Assembly (NCBI GenBank): GCA_902479095.1
Contig: CABSNL010000001.1
Coordinates: 73 to 64,072 of the forward strand
Source: an uncultured Collinsella sp.
GTDB lineage: Bacteria > Actinomycetota > Coriobacteriia > Coriobacteriales > Coriobacteriaceae
Direction: 5' to 3'
Length of the DNA stretch: 64,000 nucleotides
Position numbers and translations under genes: made by a program
The notes under the pieces: model-generated
Seen by the model: only the letters and a program-made list of their open reading frames with translations
Told to the model about the DNA's origin: nothing
Databases searched by the model: none
Shown here: positions 21,154 to 30,031 of the stretch, in pieces
How the letters are laid out: each line of letters opens with the position of its first letter
Position numbering within the stretch: position 1 is the stretch's first letter

Positions 21154-22494
21154 GTGAAGTCCCTCACCTCTTTTGCAAAGCGCTCAGCCCAGCTTGCCGC
21201 CGGCTTTGTCTGCGCTATCGCCCTTGCCGCTGGCGTGCCCACCGTCGCCGGCGCCCAAGTGCTTACGACCGACAATGTTTGCGGCAAAACCGCCGATGCG
21301 CGCGGCATCACGGCCGAAAACCTGCCCGATATCGATGCGACCAATGCCCTCGTCATGGGCAAAGACGGCACCGTCTACTATGGGCGCGGCGCCGATGAGC
21401 AGGTCAAAATTGCCTCGATCACCAAGGTCATGACCGCAATCCTAACCGTCGAGAATTGCAAGATGGACGAGAAGGTCACGGTGAGCAACGCTGCAGCCAC
21501 CGTGGGCAATTCGACCGCCGGCTTGCTCGAAGGCGACAAGCTTACCGTGGAGCAGGCGCTGCGCGGCCTGATGATTCCCTCGGGCAACGACGCCGCCATC
21601 GTGCTCGCCGAATATGTGGGCAAGAAGATCGACCCTAAGACCAAAGACGCCGAGGCCACCTTTGTGAAGGCCATGAACGAGCGCGCTAAGAAGCTCGGCT
21701 GTACCGGTACGCTTTTTGAAAACCCGCATGGTCTGGACTTTGATGAGTGGGCTGGCGATATGCACTCAACCGCACATGACGTGGCGCTAATGATGCAGGA
21801 GGCCATGAAAAACGACACGATCCGCGAGGTCGTAGCGAGCGAGGATTCCTGGATCGAGGTCACGGGCGCCGACGGCACCGACCATTCGCATTCCATGGAC
21901 ACGCATAACTATTTGCTGGGCCAAGATGGCAACATCGGCGGCAAGACCGGCACCACCGACGACGCGGGCTATTGCTTTACGAGCGCCTACAACCGCGACG
22001 GCGACGAGATCTACACCGTTATTTTGAACTCCACCACCACCGATCAGCGCTTTACCGATACCGCCACCCTTGCCAACTGGTACTACGGTCACAAGGTGAC
22101 GGTCGCGATCGCCAACACGCAGGAAAAGACCGCCAACGGCAACCCGCTTATGGCGCGCATTGGCCAAACCGACTGGACGGATAAGACAATCGACGCCACG
22201 CTCGCCGATCCCACGGCGCAAGCGACCGTGTTTTCTCTTGCCGGCGAGGTGACCGAAAAGGTTAGCTACGACGATCTTTCGGGCACGGTGCATGTGGGCG
22301 ACAAGGTGGGCAGCGTTACGCTCAAGCAAGACGGCACCAAGATCGCCGTCATGGACCTGGTTGCTGACGAGGAAGGCGCAGGGCCGAATCCCATTGAGTG
22401 GCTCCTTGTGAAGCTCGACCGCCTGGGCCGCCGCATCGACAACCGCCCGCTCACAGCCGAGAGCGAGACCGTAGCCAAGGCGCCCGAGATGTAA
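21154..22494 (+). CDS. D-alanyl-D-alanine carboxypeptidase (peptidase S11; start uncertain)
   Basis: SITK, SGN and KTG penicillin-binding motifs, NPHGLD; signal-peptide-like N-terminus from GTG 21154. Confidence 0.9.
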   Translation: MKSLTSFAKRSAQLAAGFVCAIALAAGVPTVAGAQVLTTDNVCGKTADARGITAENLPDIDATNALVMGKDGTVYYGRGADEQVKIASITKVMTAILTVENCKMDEKVTVSNAAATVGNSTAGLLEGDKLTVEQALRGLMIPSGNDAAIVLAEYVGKKIDPKTKDAEATFVKAMNERAKKLGCTGTLFENPHGLDFDEWAGDMHSTAHDVALMMQEAMKNDTIREVVASEDSWIEVTGADGTDHSHSMDTHNYLLGQDGNIGGKTGTTDDAGYCFTSAYNRDGDEIYTVILNSTTTDQRFTDTATLANWYYGHKVTVAIANTQEKTANGNPLMARIGQTDWTDKTIDATLADPTAQATVFSLAGEVTEKVSYDDLSGTVHVGDKVGSVTLKQDGTKIAVMDLVADEEGAGPNPIEWLLVKLDRLGRRIDNRPLTAESETVAKAPEM

Positions 22495-22553
22495 GATCGA
22501 AGAACAATACACTCGCTGAAAGGAGGCGTCCAACGGGGCGCCTCATTTTTTGA

Positions 22554-22818
22554 GGGTTCGAATCCCCAGATGCCCTTTCTCGATAATAAAAAAGGGCCCC
22601 CGATGGGACCCTTCTTTAAAGTTAAACTGGCGGAGAGCTGGGGATGTCCGGGCATGCTGCGCATGCCCTCCGGCTTCAAAGCCTGGCGGCTTTTCGCCCA
22701 CGGGCTACAAACGCTTTCGCGTTTGCTTAACGCCCGTGCCCTCTCGGGTTCGAATCCCCAGCCTCCTTTCTCCGTACAAAAAAAGGGCCCCAAATGGGAC
22801 CCTTCTTCAAATTCATAC
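22554..22818 (-). repeat. tRNA-linked ~190-bp structured unit (Ser copy plus remnant)
   Basis: 18-nt tRNA 3' end duplicated at 22628-22645 (period 191), terminator duplicated, inverted T-arm at 22746-22762 and 22554-22569. Confidence 0.85.
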
Positions 22819-22909
22819 TGGCGGAGAGCTGGGGATTCGAACCCCAGATGCCCTTTTGGGGCATACTCGCTTAGCAGGCGAGCACCTTCGGCCTCTCGGT
22901 CAGCTCTCC
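22819..22909 (-). tRNA. tRNA-Ser(GCT)
   Basis: GGAGAGCTGACCGAGAGGCCGAAGG...CTCGC CT GCT AA GCGAG, long variable arm, GGTTCGAATCC, encoded CCA. Confidence 0.96.
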
Positions 22910-23001
22910 GTAACAGCCGTTCTATAGTAACCAAACAGCCAAGGATGGGCAAGAGGAAATTTTCTAATTGCCTAGCATCCTTTCCTCCTTGGAGGCTTCG
23001 C

Positions 23002-25443
23002 CTACCCCAGCGAGCGGTTGAGGGAGCCGAGCTCATCGTTACCCATGGTGCGCCACATTTGATAGATGCAGCCGCGCGCCAAGAAAAAGAAGCCGTTGTC
23101 GACGAGTTGCACGGCGGCATCCGCGAGTTGATTGGTCACGGCGGGCACCGGCGGCAGCTCAAGACCTGCCTTGCGGATGGTCTCGACAGCCTCCTCAAAC
23201 GTGGGCGGTTTGATGACGCCCATCTCGTTCATAAGGCCCTGCATTTCCTCCTGCGCACTGCCGCCCGACTCCTCGCCGCGCGGCACCAGGCGATAACATG
23301 CCAGCGCCAGCTCGAGCTGGTCGCAGTTCCAGTAGGCGAATGCCAGGCGATAGAACAGGTAACCGATCGAAGGCCGGTCGCTGGCAATGCGCAGGCCGTG
23401 ACGCGCTACCTCGATAATCTCGTCATAACGCTCCAGGCGTGCTAACACGTTAATCAGGGCAAAGTGAGACTGCATGGACGAGCGCGCCAAGTCGTAGAGA
23501 CGGCGCACCTCGGGCAGCGCACGCTCAAAGTCCTCTTGTTCGGCGTAAAAGCTGCAAATCTCGTGCTGGGCAAAATACAGCGCATCGGGAGCGCGAAGGA
23601 TACGCACGGAACGGTCCTCCTCCATCACCGGCAGCACCATGCGCACCAGCTGGTTGTCGCAGAACTGGGTCTGCACTGGGCCCGTCGCCAAAAGCTCAGC
23701 AACAGTACACTTGGCTTCCAGCTCCTCGACAAGGCGAGAAAAGCCCTCGAAAGCACCGGCTCGGTCAACTTTGGATTGCTCGCGCAGCTCGACGACACGG
23801 GCGACATACGGATCGTTGTCCTCCTCCATGACCTCAAGCTCGTCAGCCGTATCAGCGAGCAGCAGATCGCGAAGCGCAGGCGGCAATGGACGATGGTCAT
23901 CGCGTGGTCGGGCGTGAACCTCTGCAGGCTCAATCATGTCCGGCGCATCTGCCTCATATGCCTCGAGCAAATGCTTGCAGGGCATGTCGTCCATATCCAT
24001 GCTCTCAAGATCCTTGGCGACAGAAACGCAATCGGCCAGATAAGCCGCACGGCCAAAGGAGTACGTTTTAACAACGCGCTCGCCCTGCTCGCCGTCGGGA
24101 GCCGCAATCTGCACGTAGCAGCGCGTGATGCGAGCACCCGAAGCAAAGCAAGCCGCCGCGAGTGTAAGCGCAATACGCGCATCGTGCTCGGTGGCCCATG
24201 CTGCGCGCTTAGGCTCATCTACCTCGCGCCAGGCGTCATCTTGAGCATCGTATTCGCGCCGCGGCATAGCATCGACAACCGTGCGGCCAAATCGCACCAG
24301 CATGATGCCCTCGGCGACGTTCGCTCGATAGGTGTAATCGAGCCGCGTGACCACGTTGAGCGCTTCTACGATACGTGCAAAGCGGGTGCGAACGTCCCAC
24401 TCTCCACCCGGCTGGCACGCAACCGTCCCCGGCTTGGCCCACGGGTTGTCATTCGACAGCGTTTCGAGCAAGCGAGGAACGTCGTTTGTCGTCTTGCTGA
24501 TATGCCATAGGTCGAAGAGCGAGCAGCCCTCAAAGCTTGGCGACGAGGCAACGGGGCCCAACCCTGCTCCAATACGCTCAAGGATGCCCGATAGGCGGTT
24601 CAGGCGGCACTCGACGGCAAGCAGGGTATCGATCTCGTCCTGGTCCAGCAGGCTACGGTCAAAATTGAGATAGAAGAGCCTCGAGCGATCGATGCGCGCC
24701 AGGCTCATTTCGGTTTTAGCCGCTATGGTGCGCAGGCGTGGCAGATTAACTTCGCCCATCAAAGCGGCGGCATAGCGCTCAATGCCACTTGGATTATCTG
24801 TATGGTCAATGCGGTAGAGCAACGTTTCAATTGCATCGGGCAGCGGCGTGGAATCAAAACCCAGCAGTACCTCAACCGGCTCGGGGAGTTTTACAAGTTT
24901 GATCTTGTCGACGGCATTTTTCATGCCCTCGTCGAGGCCGTCACCGTTTGCCGTGCTTGAGATGGAGTTTTCAGAATCGGCGAATATCACGTAACGCAAG
25001 AACATCGAGGCCATGAACTCGCCGTAGCGAAGGCTGCGCGTCGAATTCCACGTCTCGCGATCGGATTGTTCGCGCATGGTTCCTTCGGGAGAGCCGATGA
25101 CTCGCGCCCGGGAGCGCATCGTCCCATCGGCACCCCTGACCGCAATCTCACCGATGTTGGAATCGGACTCGTCGAGAATCAGTTGCATGTCGGGATCGTC
25201 GGGCAGCGACATCTCGTTAACGGGACGGTCCACCTTATAGACCTCACCCGAAACGCTCACGTAGCCCAAAAGCGACACATGGCTTTTGCCGACGAATTCG
25301 ACGACATAGCATGATTCATGCGGGTCCTCGCCAAAGAGCTTCCAAACCACGCCATACGAGCGTCCCGCAGGCTGCTCGGGCATGGCCGGAAAGCGCTTTT
25401 TGGGATCGAGAAACCTGAGCTTGTATGTCGGACGCTCTGCCAC
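23002..25443 (-). CDS. large acidic protein with C-terminal TPR-like repeats
   Basis: 813-aa ORF; helical TPR-like patterns in the C-terminal third; N-terminal part not recognised. Confidence 0.7.
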   Translation of the reverse strand: MAERPTYKLRFLDPKKRFPAMPEQPAGRSYGVVWKLFGEDPHESCYVVEFVGKSHVSLLGYVSVSGEVYKVDRPVNEMSLPDDPDMQLILDESDSNIGEIAVRGADGTMRSRARVIGSPEGTMREQSDRETWNSTRSLRYGEFMASMFLRYVIFADSENSISSTANGDGLDEGMKNAVDKIKLVKLPEPVEVLLGFDSTPLPDAIETLLYRIDHTDNPSGIERYAAALMGEVNLPRLRTIAAKTEMSLARIDRSRLFYLNFDRSLLDQDEIDTLLAVECRLNRLSGILERIGAGLGPVASSPSFEGCSLFDLWHISKTTNDVPRLLETLSNDNPWAKPGTVACQPGGEWDVRTRFARIVEALNVVTRLDYTYRANVAEGIMLVRFGRTVVDAMPRREYDAQDDAWREVDEPKRAAWATEHDARIALTLAAACFASGARITRCYVQIAAPDGEQGERVVKTYSFGRAAYLADCVSVAKDLESMDMDDMPCKHLLEAYEADAPDMIEPAEVHARPRDDHRPLPPALRDLLLADTADELEVMEEDNDPYVARVVELREQSKVDRAGAFEGFSRLVEELEAKCTVAELLATGPVQTQFCDNQLVRMVLPVMEEDRSVRILRAPDALYFAQHEICSFYAEQEDFERALPEVRRLYDLARSSMQSHFALINVLARLERYDEIIEVARHGLRIASDRPSIGYLFYRLAFAYWNCDQLELALACYRLVPRGEESGGSAQEEMQGLMNEMGVIKPPTFEEAVETIRKAGLELPPVPAVTNQLADAAVQLVDNGFFFLARGCIYQMWRTMGNDELGSLNRSLG

Positions 25444-25617
25444 GAAATATCACCCTGATCGGCCGTCTAAAGAAAGAGCGCGCCACGGGCTCACCGAGGC
25501 GCATACTCGAAATCTTACACGAGTCGATGAGAAATAGTCCCCTTTGACCGAGGTTCGAATCCATGCGGTGTTTACGTAAAAGAAAAGCCCCCGTCGCCGG
25601 AGGCTTTCAATTTCAAT

Positions 25618-25694
25618 TGGTGCGGCGTATAGGATTCGAACCTATGACGTTCTGATTCGTAGTCAGACCCTCTATCCAGCTGAGGTAACGCCGC
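25618..25694 (-). tRNA. tRNA-Arg(ACG) copy 1
   Basis: GCGGCGTTACCTCAGCTGGATAGAGGG TCTGA CT ACG AA TCAGA...GGTTCGAATCC...CCA. Confidence 0.96.
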
Positions 25695-25706
25695 GACTTG
25701 TTGATT

Positions 25707-25735
25707 ATTATGCACATGGACTGAATAATCGTCAA
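25707..25735 (-). promoter_or_regulatory. sigma-A promoter of tRNA-Arg copy 1
   Basis: TTGACG-17 bp-CATAAT on the minus strand. Confidence 0.7.
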
Positions 25736-25816
25736 GCGTTTTTCAAAAAAAGTTATTGAATTTGATTTTTACTCATTTTAATCACTTGATGCGATCTTCG
25801 ACGCATCGCGATATAA

Positions 25817-26040
25817 AAAAGCCCCCGTTTCCGGAGGCTTAAAACTCAGTTGGTGCGGCGTATAGGATTCCGCGCATCCGCTGCGCGGATCCGCACCGGC
25901 TTCGCCCGCCTGCCGGCGGACTCGCCCGCTCGCTAAAAACGCTCCGCGTTTTCTTGACGCTCGCGCCTCGAACGAGGTTCGAATCTCCGCAATGCCCCCG
26001 TAAAGGAAAAGCCCCCGTTTCCGGAGGCTTAAAACTCAAT
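25817..26040 (-). repeat. tRNA-linked ~190-bp structured unit (Arg copy)
   Basis: Terminator plus 20-nt tRNA 3' end duplicated (period 190); core 25870-25968; inverted T-arm 25975-25985. Confidence 0.9.
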
Positions 26041-26117
26041 TGGTGCGGCGTATAGGATTCGAACCTATGACGTTCTGATTCGTAGTCAGACCCTCTATCC
26101 AGCTGAGGTAACGCCGC
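26041..26117 (-). tRNA. tRNA-Arg(ACG) copy 2
   Basis: Identical to copy 1. Confidence 0.96.
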
Positions 26118-26129
26118 GACGCACGGATT

Positions 26130-26158
26130 ATTATGCACGTGACCCCTCGATGGGTCAA
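26130..26158 (-). promoter_or_regulatory. sigma-A promoter of tRNA-Arg copy 2
   Basis: TTGACC-17 bp-CATAAT on the minus strand. Confidence 0.7.
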
Positions 26159-26280
26159 GCGACAATTTGGAAAAATTTTACGAAGTGATGATTAAGACGC
26201 TCGCGCCTCGACTGAGATTCGAATCCATGCGGTGTTGCCATAAAAGAAAAGCCCCCGTTGCCGGAGGCTTTAAGTTCGAT

Positions 26281-26357
26281 TGGTGCGGCGTATAGGATTC
26301 GAACCTATGACGTTCTGATTCGTAGTCAGACCCTCTATCCAGCTGAGGTAACGCCGC
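26281..26357 (-). tRNA. tRNA-Arg(ACG) copy 3
   Basis: Identical to copies 1 and 2. Confidence 0.96.
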
Positions 26358-26434
26358 AGCGCAAGACATATAAAACCACTTTAGCTTATTGGAGTCAAGC
26401 ACAATCTCAAACTTTTTTGTGGAACGCAGTTTTG

Positions 26435-26812
26435 TCATGCTGCTCCGCATATACCGCCGTTCCCCGTACGATCGATTGGCTTTTCGATCACGTCAAACTT
26501 AGCATCAAGTTCCCTCAGGAGCGATCTCACCCGCCGGGCACAGTCATAATCGGCAAACGAGATGCTCAGCATGCGCGCGACCTGGTTGGAAGTCCCAACT
26601 CCATAGAAGTGCTCCAGCGCCACAAGTCCCTCGTGCATCACAAAGGTCTCGACCACATGCGGCGACTCCTCAAAGCACCATTGTGTCAACGGACCCTCAC
26701 TCGTCTGCCGAACCACCAGGCCGCCCATGCCAGACGGCTCACACGTTACAAGCAGGTACTCCCCGCCTTCGTCGCTCTCAAACAAAACCACCCGATCATC
26801 AAACAGCTCCAT
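26435..26812 (-). CDS. hypothetical acidic protein (125 aa)
   Basis: ORF with AGGGG SD and TATGCT -10 upstream; no family recognised. Confidence 0.75.
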   Translation of the reverse strand: MELFDDRVVLFESDEGGEYLLVTCEPSGMGGLVVRQTSEGPLTQWCFEESPHVVETFVMHEGLVALEHFYGVGTSNQVARMLSISFADYDCARRVRSLLRELDAKFDVIEKPIDRTGNGGICGAA

Positions 26813-26870
26813 CGCGTCCCCTTTCTCTCGCTCTTATTTAGCAAAAGCATAGCAGGTAGATGGCTGTATA

Positions 26871-26885
26871 CAGAACAGTTGTTCG
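26871..26885. promoter_or_regulatory. putative LexA (SOS) box
   Basis: CGAAC-AACT-GTTCT on the minus strand, matching Gram-positive GAAC-N4-GTTC, over the -35 region of the 26435-26812 gene. Confidence 0.65.
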
Positions 26886-26934
26886 TGTGTTTTCTATTGA
26901 GCTGTCCGCACGGCATGGTATGGACCTACGCACG

Positions 26935-26963
26935 AAATAGGGCGCCCCCGAAGGAGCGCCCTT
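26935..26963 (-). terminator. terminator after serS
   Basis: AGGGCGC...GCGCCCT hairpin followed by ATTT on the minus strand. Confidence 0.6.
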
Positions 26964-26985
26964 GCATATCCCCTATGCAGGCAAG

Positions 26986-28269
26986 TTACGCGACCGGCTC
27001 GATCTTCTCGAGACCACCCATGTAAGGACGCAGGACCTCGGGGATCGTGATGGTGCCGTCGGCGTTCTGGTAGTTCTCCAGAATAGCGGCCATGGTACGA
27101 CCAGCCGGCAGGCCGGAACCGTTAAGGGTGTGCAGGTAACGCGAACCCTTGAAGTTCTCGGGGTCGCGGTACTTGATGTTGGCGCGGCGGGCCTGGAAGT
27201 CGCCGCAGTTGGAGCAGGAGCTGATCTCCTTGTAGGCGTTGTAGCTCGGCAGCCAGACCTCGACGTCGTAGGTCTGACGGGCAGAGAAGCCCAAGTCGCC
27301 GGTGCACAGGCTAATCACGCGATACGGAAGGCCCAGCTGCTGCAGCAGGTACTCGGCCTCGGCGGTCATGCTCTCAAGCTCCTCGTCGGACTCCTCCGGC
27401 TTAGCGAACTTGACCATCTCGACCTTGTCGAACTCGTGCTGACGGATGATGCCGCGGGTGTCGCGACCGGCGGAACCGGCCTCCTCGCGGAAGCAGGGGG
27501 TGAAGGCGGTGTAGCGGCGCGGCAGGGTGTCGGCATCGAGGACCTCGCCGGCGTGCAGGTTGGTGAGCACGACCTCGGCGGTGGGGATCAGGAAGTTGTC
27601 GCCCGAGACGTGGTAGGCGTCGTCCTCGAACTTTGGCAGCTGACCCGTGCCAAACATGGTCTGACGCTTGACGACGATGGGCGGCCACCACTCCTTAAAA
27701 CCACGGCTGGTGTGCGTATCGAGGAAGAAGTTGATGAGGGCGCGCTCCAGGCGGGCGCCAGCGCCACCGAGAACGGTAAAACGGCTGCCGGAGAGCTTGT
27801 TGCCGCGCTCGAAGTCGAGGATGTCCAGATCGGTGCCCAGATCCCAATGCGGCTTAAAGTCGAAGTCGAACTCGCGCGGGGTGCCCCAACGACGGCGCTC
27901 AATATTCTCGTCCTCGTCCTTGCCGTACGGCGTGGCCTCGCAAGGAATGTTGGGCAGGTGAGCCATGAAGTCGTACTGCTCCTGCTCGAGAGCAGTACGG
28001 CGCTCGGCCAGACCGTCAATCTTCTCGTTGACGGCGCGCACGGCCTCCTTGGCGGCCTCGGCCTCGTCCTTCTTGCCCTCCTTCATCAGGGCGCCGATCT
28101 TCTTGGACTCGGCATTGCGCGTAGCCTGGAGCTCCTCGACCTCGGTGATGACGGCACGGCGCTCGTCGTCGAGCTCAAAGAACTTCTCGCGATCCCAAGA
28201 CGTCTGGCGGTTAGCCATGGCGACATCGATGGCATCGGGGTTCTCGCGAACAAACTTGATATCAAGCAT
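26986..28269 (-). CDS. serS: serine--tRNA ligase
   Basis: [39 protein letters not shown] and HTLNGSG motifs. Confidence 0.97.
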   Translation of the reverse strand: MLDIKFVRENPDAIDVAMANRQTSWDREKFFELDDERRAVITEVEELQATRNAESKKIGALMKEGKKDEAEAAKEAVRAVNEKIDGLAERRTALEQEQYDFMAHLPNIPCEATPYGKDEDENIERRRWGTPREFDFDFKPHWDLGTDLDILDFERGNKLSGSRFTVLGGAGARLERALINFFLDTHTSRGFKEWWPPIVVKRQTMFGTGQLPKFEDDAYHVSGDNFLIPTAEVVLTNLHAGEVLDADTLPRRYTAFTPCFREEAGSAGRDTRGIIRQHEFDKVEMVKFAKPEESDEELESMTAEAEYLLQQLGLPYRVISLCTGDLGFSARQTYDVEVWLPSYNAYKEISSCSNCGDFQARRANIKYRDPENFKGSRYLHTLNGSGLPAGRTMAAILENYQNADGTITIPEVLRPYMGGLEKIEPVA

Positions 28270-28380
28270 TAGATCCTCCGGCGATATACATTCCATTTAG
28301 GTTGCAACCTTGTACATGTATGGGCAAGTATATACTTATGAGCGTTTACGACCCAACTCAACTACGCAAGAAGGCACCCA

Positions 28381-28554
28381 ATGGACGCAGTTTTTTCCTT
28401 TTTGTTTGGCACCCGCACCGGTTTTACCATCCTTTTCGCCGGCGGCATCCTGTTATTTGCGATTCTTGCCTTTGTAATGGAGAAGCGTACCCATAAGATG
28501 TACGTCGACCGCGGACCCAAGTCCGAGGATGAGGAAGACAGCTTCTGGGACTAA
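28381..28554 (+). CDS. small single-pass membrane protein (57 aa)
   Basis: Manual translation MDAVFSFLFGTRTGFTILFAGGILLFAILAFVMEKRTHKMYVDRGPKSEDEEDSFWD; GAAGG upstream; below the ORF-track cutoff. Confidence 0.75.
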   Translation: MDAVFSFLFGTRTGFTILFAGGILLFAILAFVMEKRTHKMYVDRGPKSEDEEDSFWD

Positions 28555-28564
28555 CCTGCCAAAA

Positions 28565-28698
28565 AGGGACAGGTTTATTTTGGTCGGTTTTATCTGGGCA
28601 AACGCAAGCGCCCCGCAACTGGAATTGAGCCAGTTGCGGGGCGCTTTTTGCTATAGAGATAAAACCGCAGGAAAACCCGCCAAAATAAACCTGTCCCT
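28565..28698. repeat. nested inverted-repeat element (MITE/REPIN-like; bidirectional terminator)
   Basis: 19-bp perfect terminal IR, 11-bp middle IR and 17-bp inner IR. Confidence 0.8.
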
Positions 28699-28710
28699 AA
28701 ATGGAAGGTT

Positions 28711-29481
28711 TTACTGAAGGGTGGCGTCGATGGCCTTGACCAGGGCGCTGCGCATGCCGGCGTCCTCGAGCGCAACGACGCCCTTGATGGTGGCACCACC
28801 GGGCGAGCATACGGCATCCTTCATCGCCGCAGGATGCTGGCCAGTTGCAAGCTGCAGCTTTGCCGTACCCAACACCATCTGGCTCACAATGCGATAGGCA
28901 TCGGCACGCGGGATACCGTGCTTGACCGCCGCATCGCCCAGGGCCTCGATTGCCATGGCGACAAATGCCGGAGCGCAACCACCCACCGTGCCGCCCACAA
29001 ACAGCAGGCTCGTATCGAGCTCGACCACCGCACCGAGTTTGCCAAGCAGATCAAGCACCACGGCGCTCTGCTCATCACTAAGCGTGGAAGCCTTCTCGCA
29101 AGCGATGACGCCCTCGCCCACCGAAACCGGTGTGTTGGGCACCGTCGAGATATGCGCGACGCCCGGCAGGACCTGCTCCCACTTGGCACTGTCCCAGGTC
29201 CAGGCAACCGACAGAACGACCTTTTTGGCAAGAGCATCCTTGAGCGGGGCGAATACCTTCTCGATCATGTACGGTTTGACCGCAGCGACCACGATATCGG
29301 ATGCGGCGACAACCTCGGCGGCATCGTGGCAGGCGACCATGCCGCGCGCCTCGCAGCGCTCAACCAGTGCGTCGTAGCGACCCGCGCAGGCGCACATGTC
29401 GCTCGCAGCTACACCGGCAGCGATCCAGCCATCGGCCATAGCGCTCGCCATATTGCCAAAACCGACAAATCCAATCTTCAT
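28711..29481 (-). CDS. proC: pyrroline-5-carboxylate reductase
   Basis: IGFVGFGNMA, AVKP, PNTP and VCSPGGATI motifs. Confidence 0.95.
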   Translation of the reverse strand: MKIGFVGFGNMASAMADGWIAAGVAASDMCACAGRYDALVERCEARGMVACHDAAEVVAASDIVVAAVKPYMIEKVFAPLKDALAKKVVLSVAWTWDSAKWEQVLPGVAHISTVPNTPVSVGEGVIACEKASTLSDEQSAVVLDLLGKLGAVVELDTSLLFVGGTVGGCAPAFVAMAIEALGDAAVKHGIPRADAYRIVSQMVLGTAKLQLATGQHPAAMKDAVCSPGGATIKGVVALEDAGMRSALVKAIDATLQ

Positions 29482-29554
29482 ATCTCATAGCCCTCTCAGA
29501 CACGCTCTTCAAAACGAAAGCTATTGTCCCACGCCATTGTTTCGTATTGCCGAC

Positions 29555-30025
29555 CTATTTGTGATACGGCTCGCCACGGCTGATCTTGCAGGCGCGGTAG
29601 ATTTGCTCCAGCAGCACCACGCGCGCCAAGTTATGCGGCAAGGTAATGCGTCCAAAGCTGAGCATCTCGTCGGCGCGGGCGCGCACCTCATCGCTCACGC
29701 CGTCCGAACCGCCAATCACAAAGGCGATGTCGCTGCTGCCTCGCAGCATAAGATCGTCGAGCCTCGCCGAGAGCTCCTCACTCGAACGCTCCTTGCCCTC
29801 GATAGCCAGCAGGATCACATGCGCTCGAGACGGCAATGCAGCAAGAATTGCCGCCCCCTCCTTGTCGCGCGCGGCATCCACGCCGCCCGCCTTAGCCGGG
29901 TCGATATCGGCCACCTCGCGGATATCCACCTTGGCATAGGCGCCTAGGCGCTTGGTGTACTCAGCGCACGCGTCCTTCCAAAAGCGCTCTTTGAGCTTGC
30001 CAACACAAACGACGGTGTATTTCAC
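29555..30025 (-). CDS. rlmH: 23S rRNA pseudouridine-1915 N3-methyltransferase
   Basis: VGKLKE, FVIGGSDG and TLPHNLARVVLLEQIYRA...PYHK motifs. Confidence 0.96.
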   Translation of the reverse strand: MKYTVVCVGKLKERFWKDACAEYTKRLGAYAKVDIREVADIDPAKAGGVDAARDKEGAAILAALPSRAHVILLAIEGKERSSEELSARLDDLMLRGSSDIAFVIGGSDGVSDEVRARADEMLSFGRITLPHNLARVVLLEQIYRACKISRGEPYHK

Positions 30026-30031
30026 GCGTGC

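Noticed and set aside
18996..22494. Functional vancomycin resistance cluster
   Set aside because: No vanH, ligase, vanX or vanT in the window; the carboxypeptidase is a serine PBP-type enzyme, not a VanY metallo-enzyme.
25851..25985. tRNA-linked unit as an intron-containing or split tRNA gene
   Set aside because: Only the 3' 18-20 nt are duplicated; no anticodon arm, D-arm or 5' acceptor strand accompanies them, and the full T-arm copy is inverted.
25618..26357. Regularly spaced repeats as a CRISPR array
   Set aside because: The repeats are tRNA genes and tRNA 3' ends with 190-240 bp spacing; no cas genes are present.
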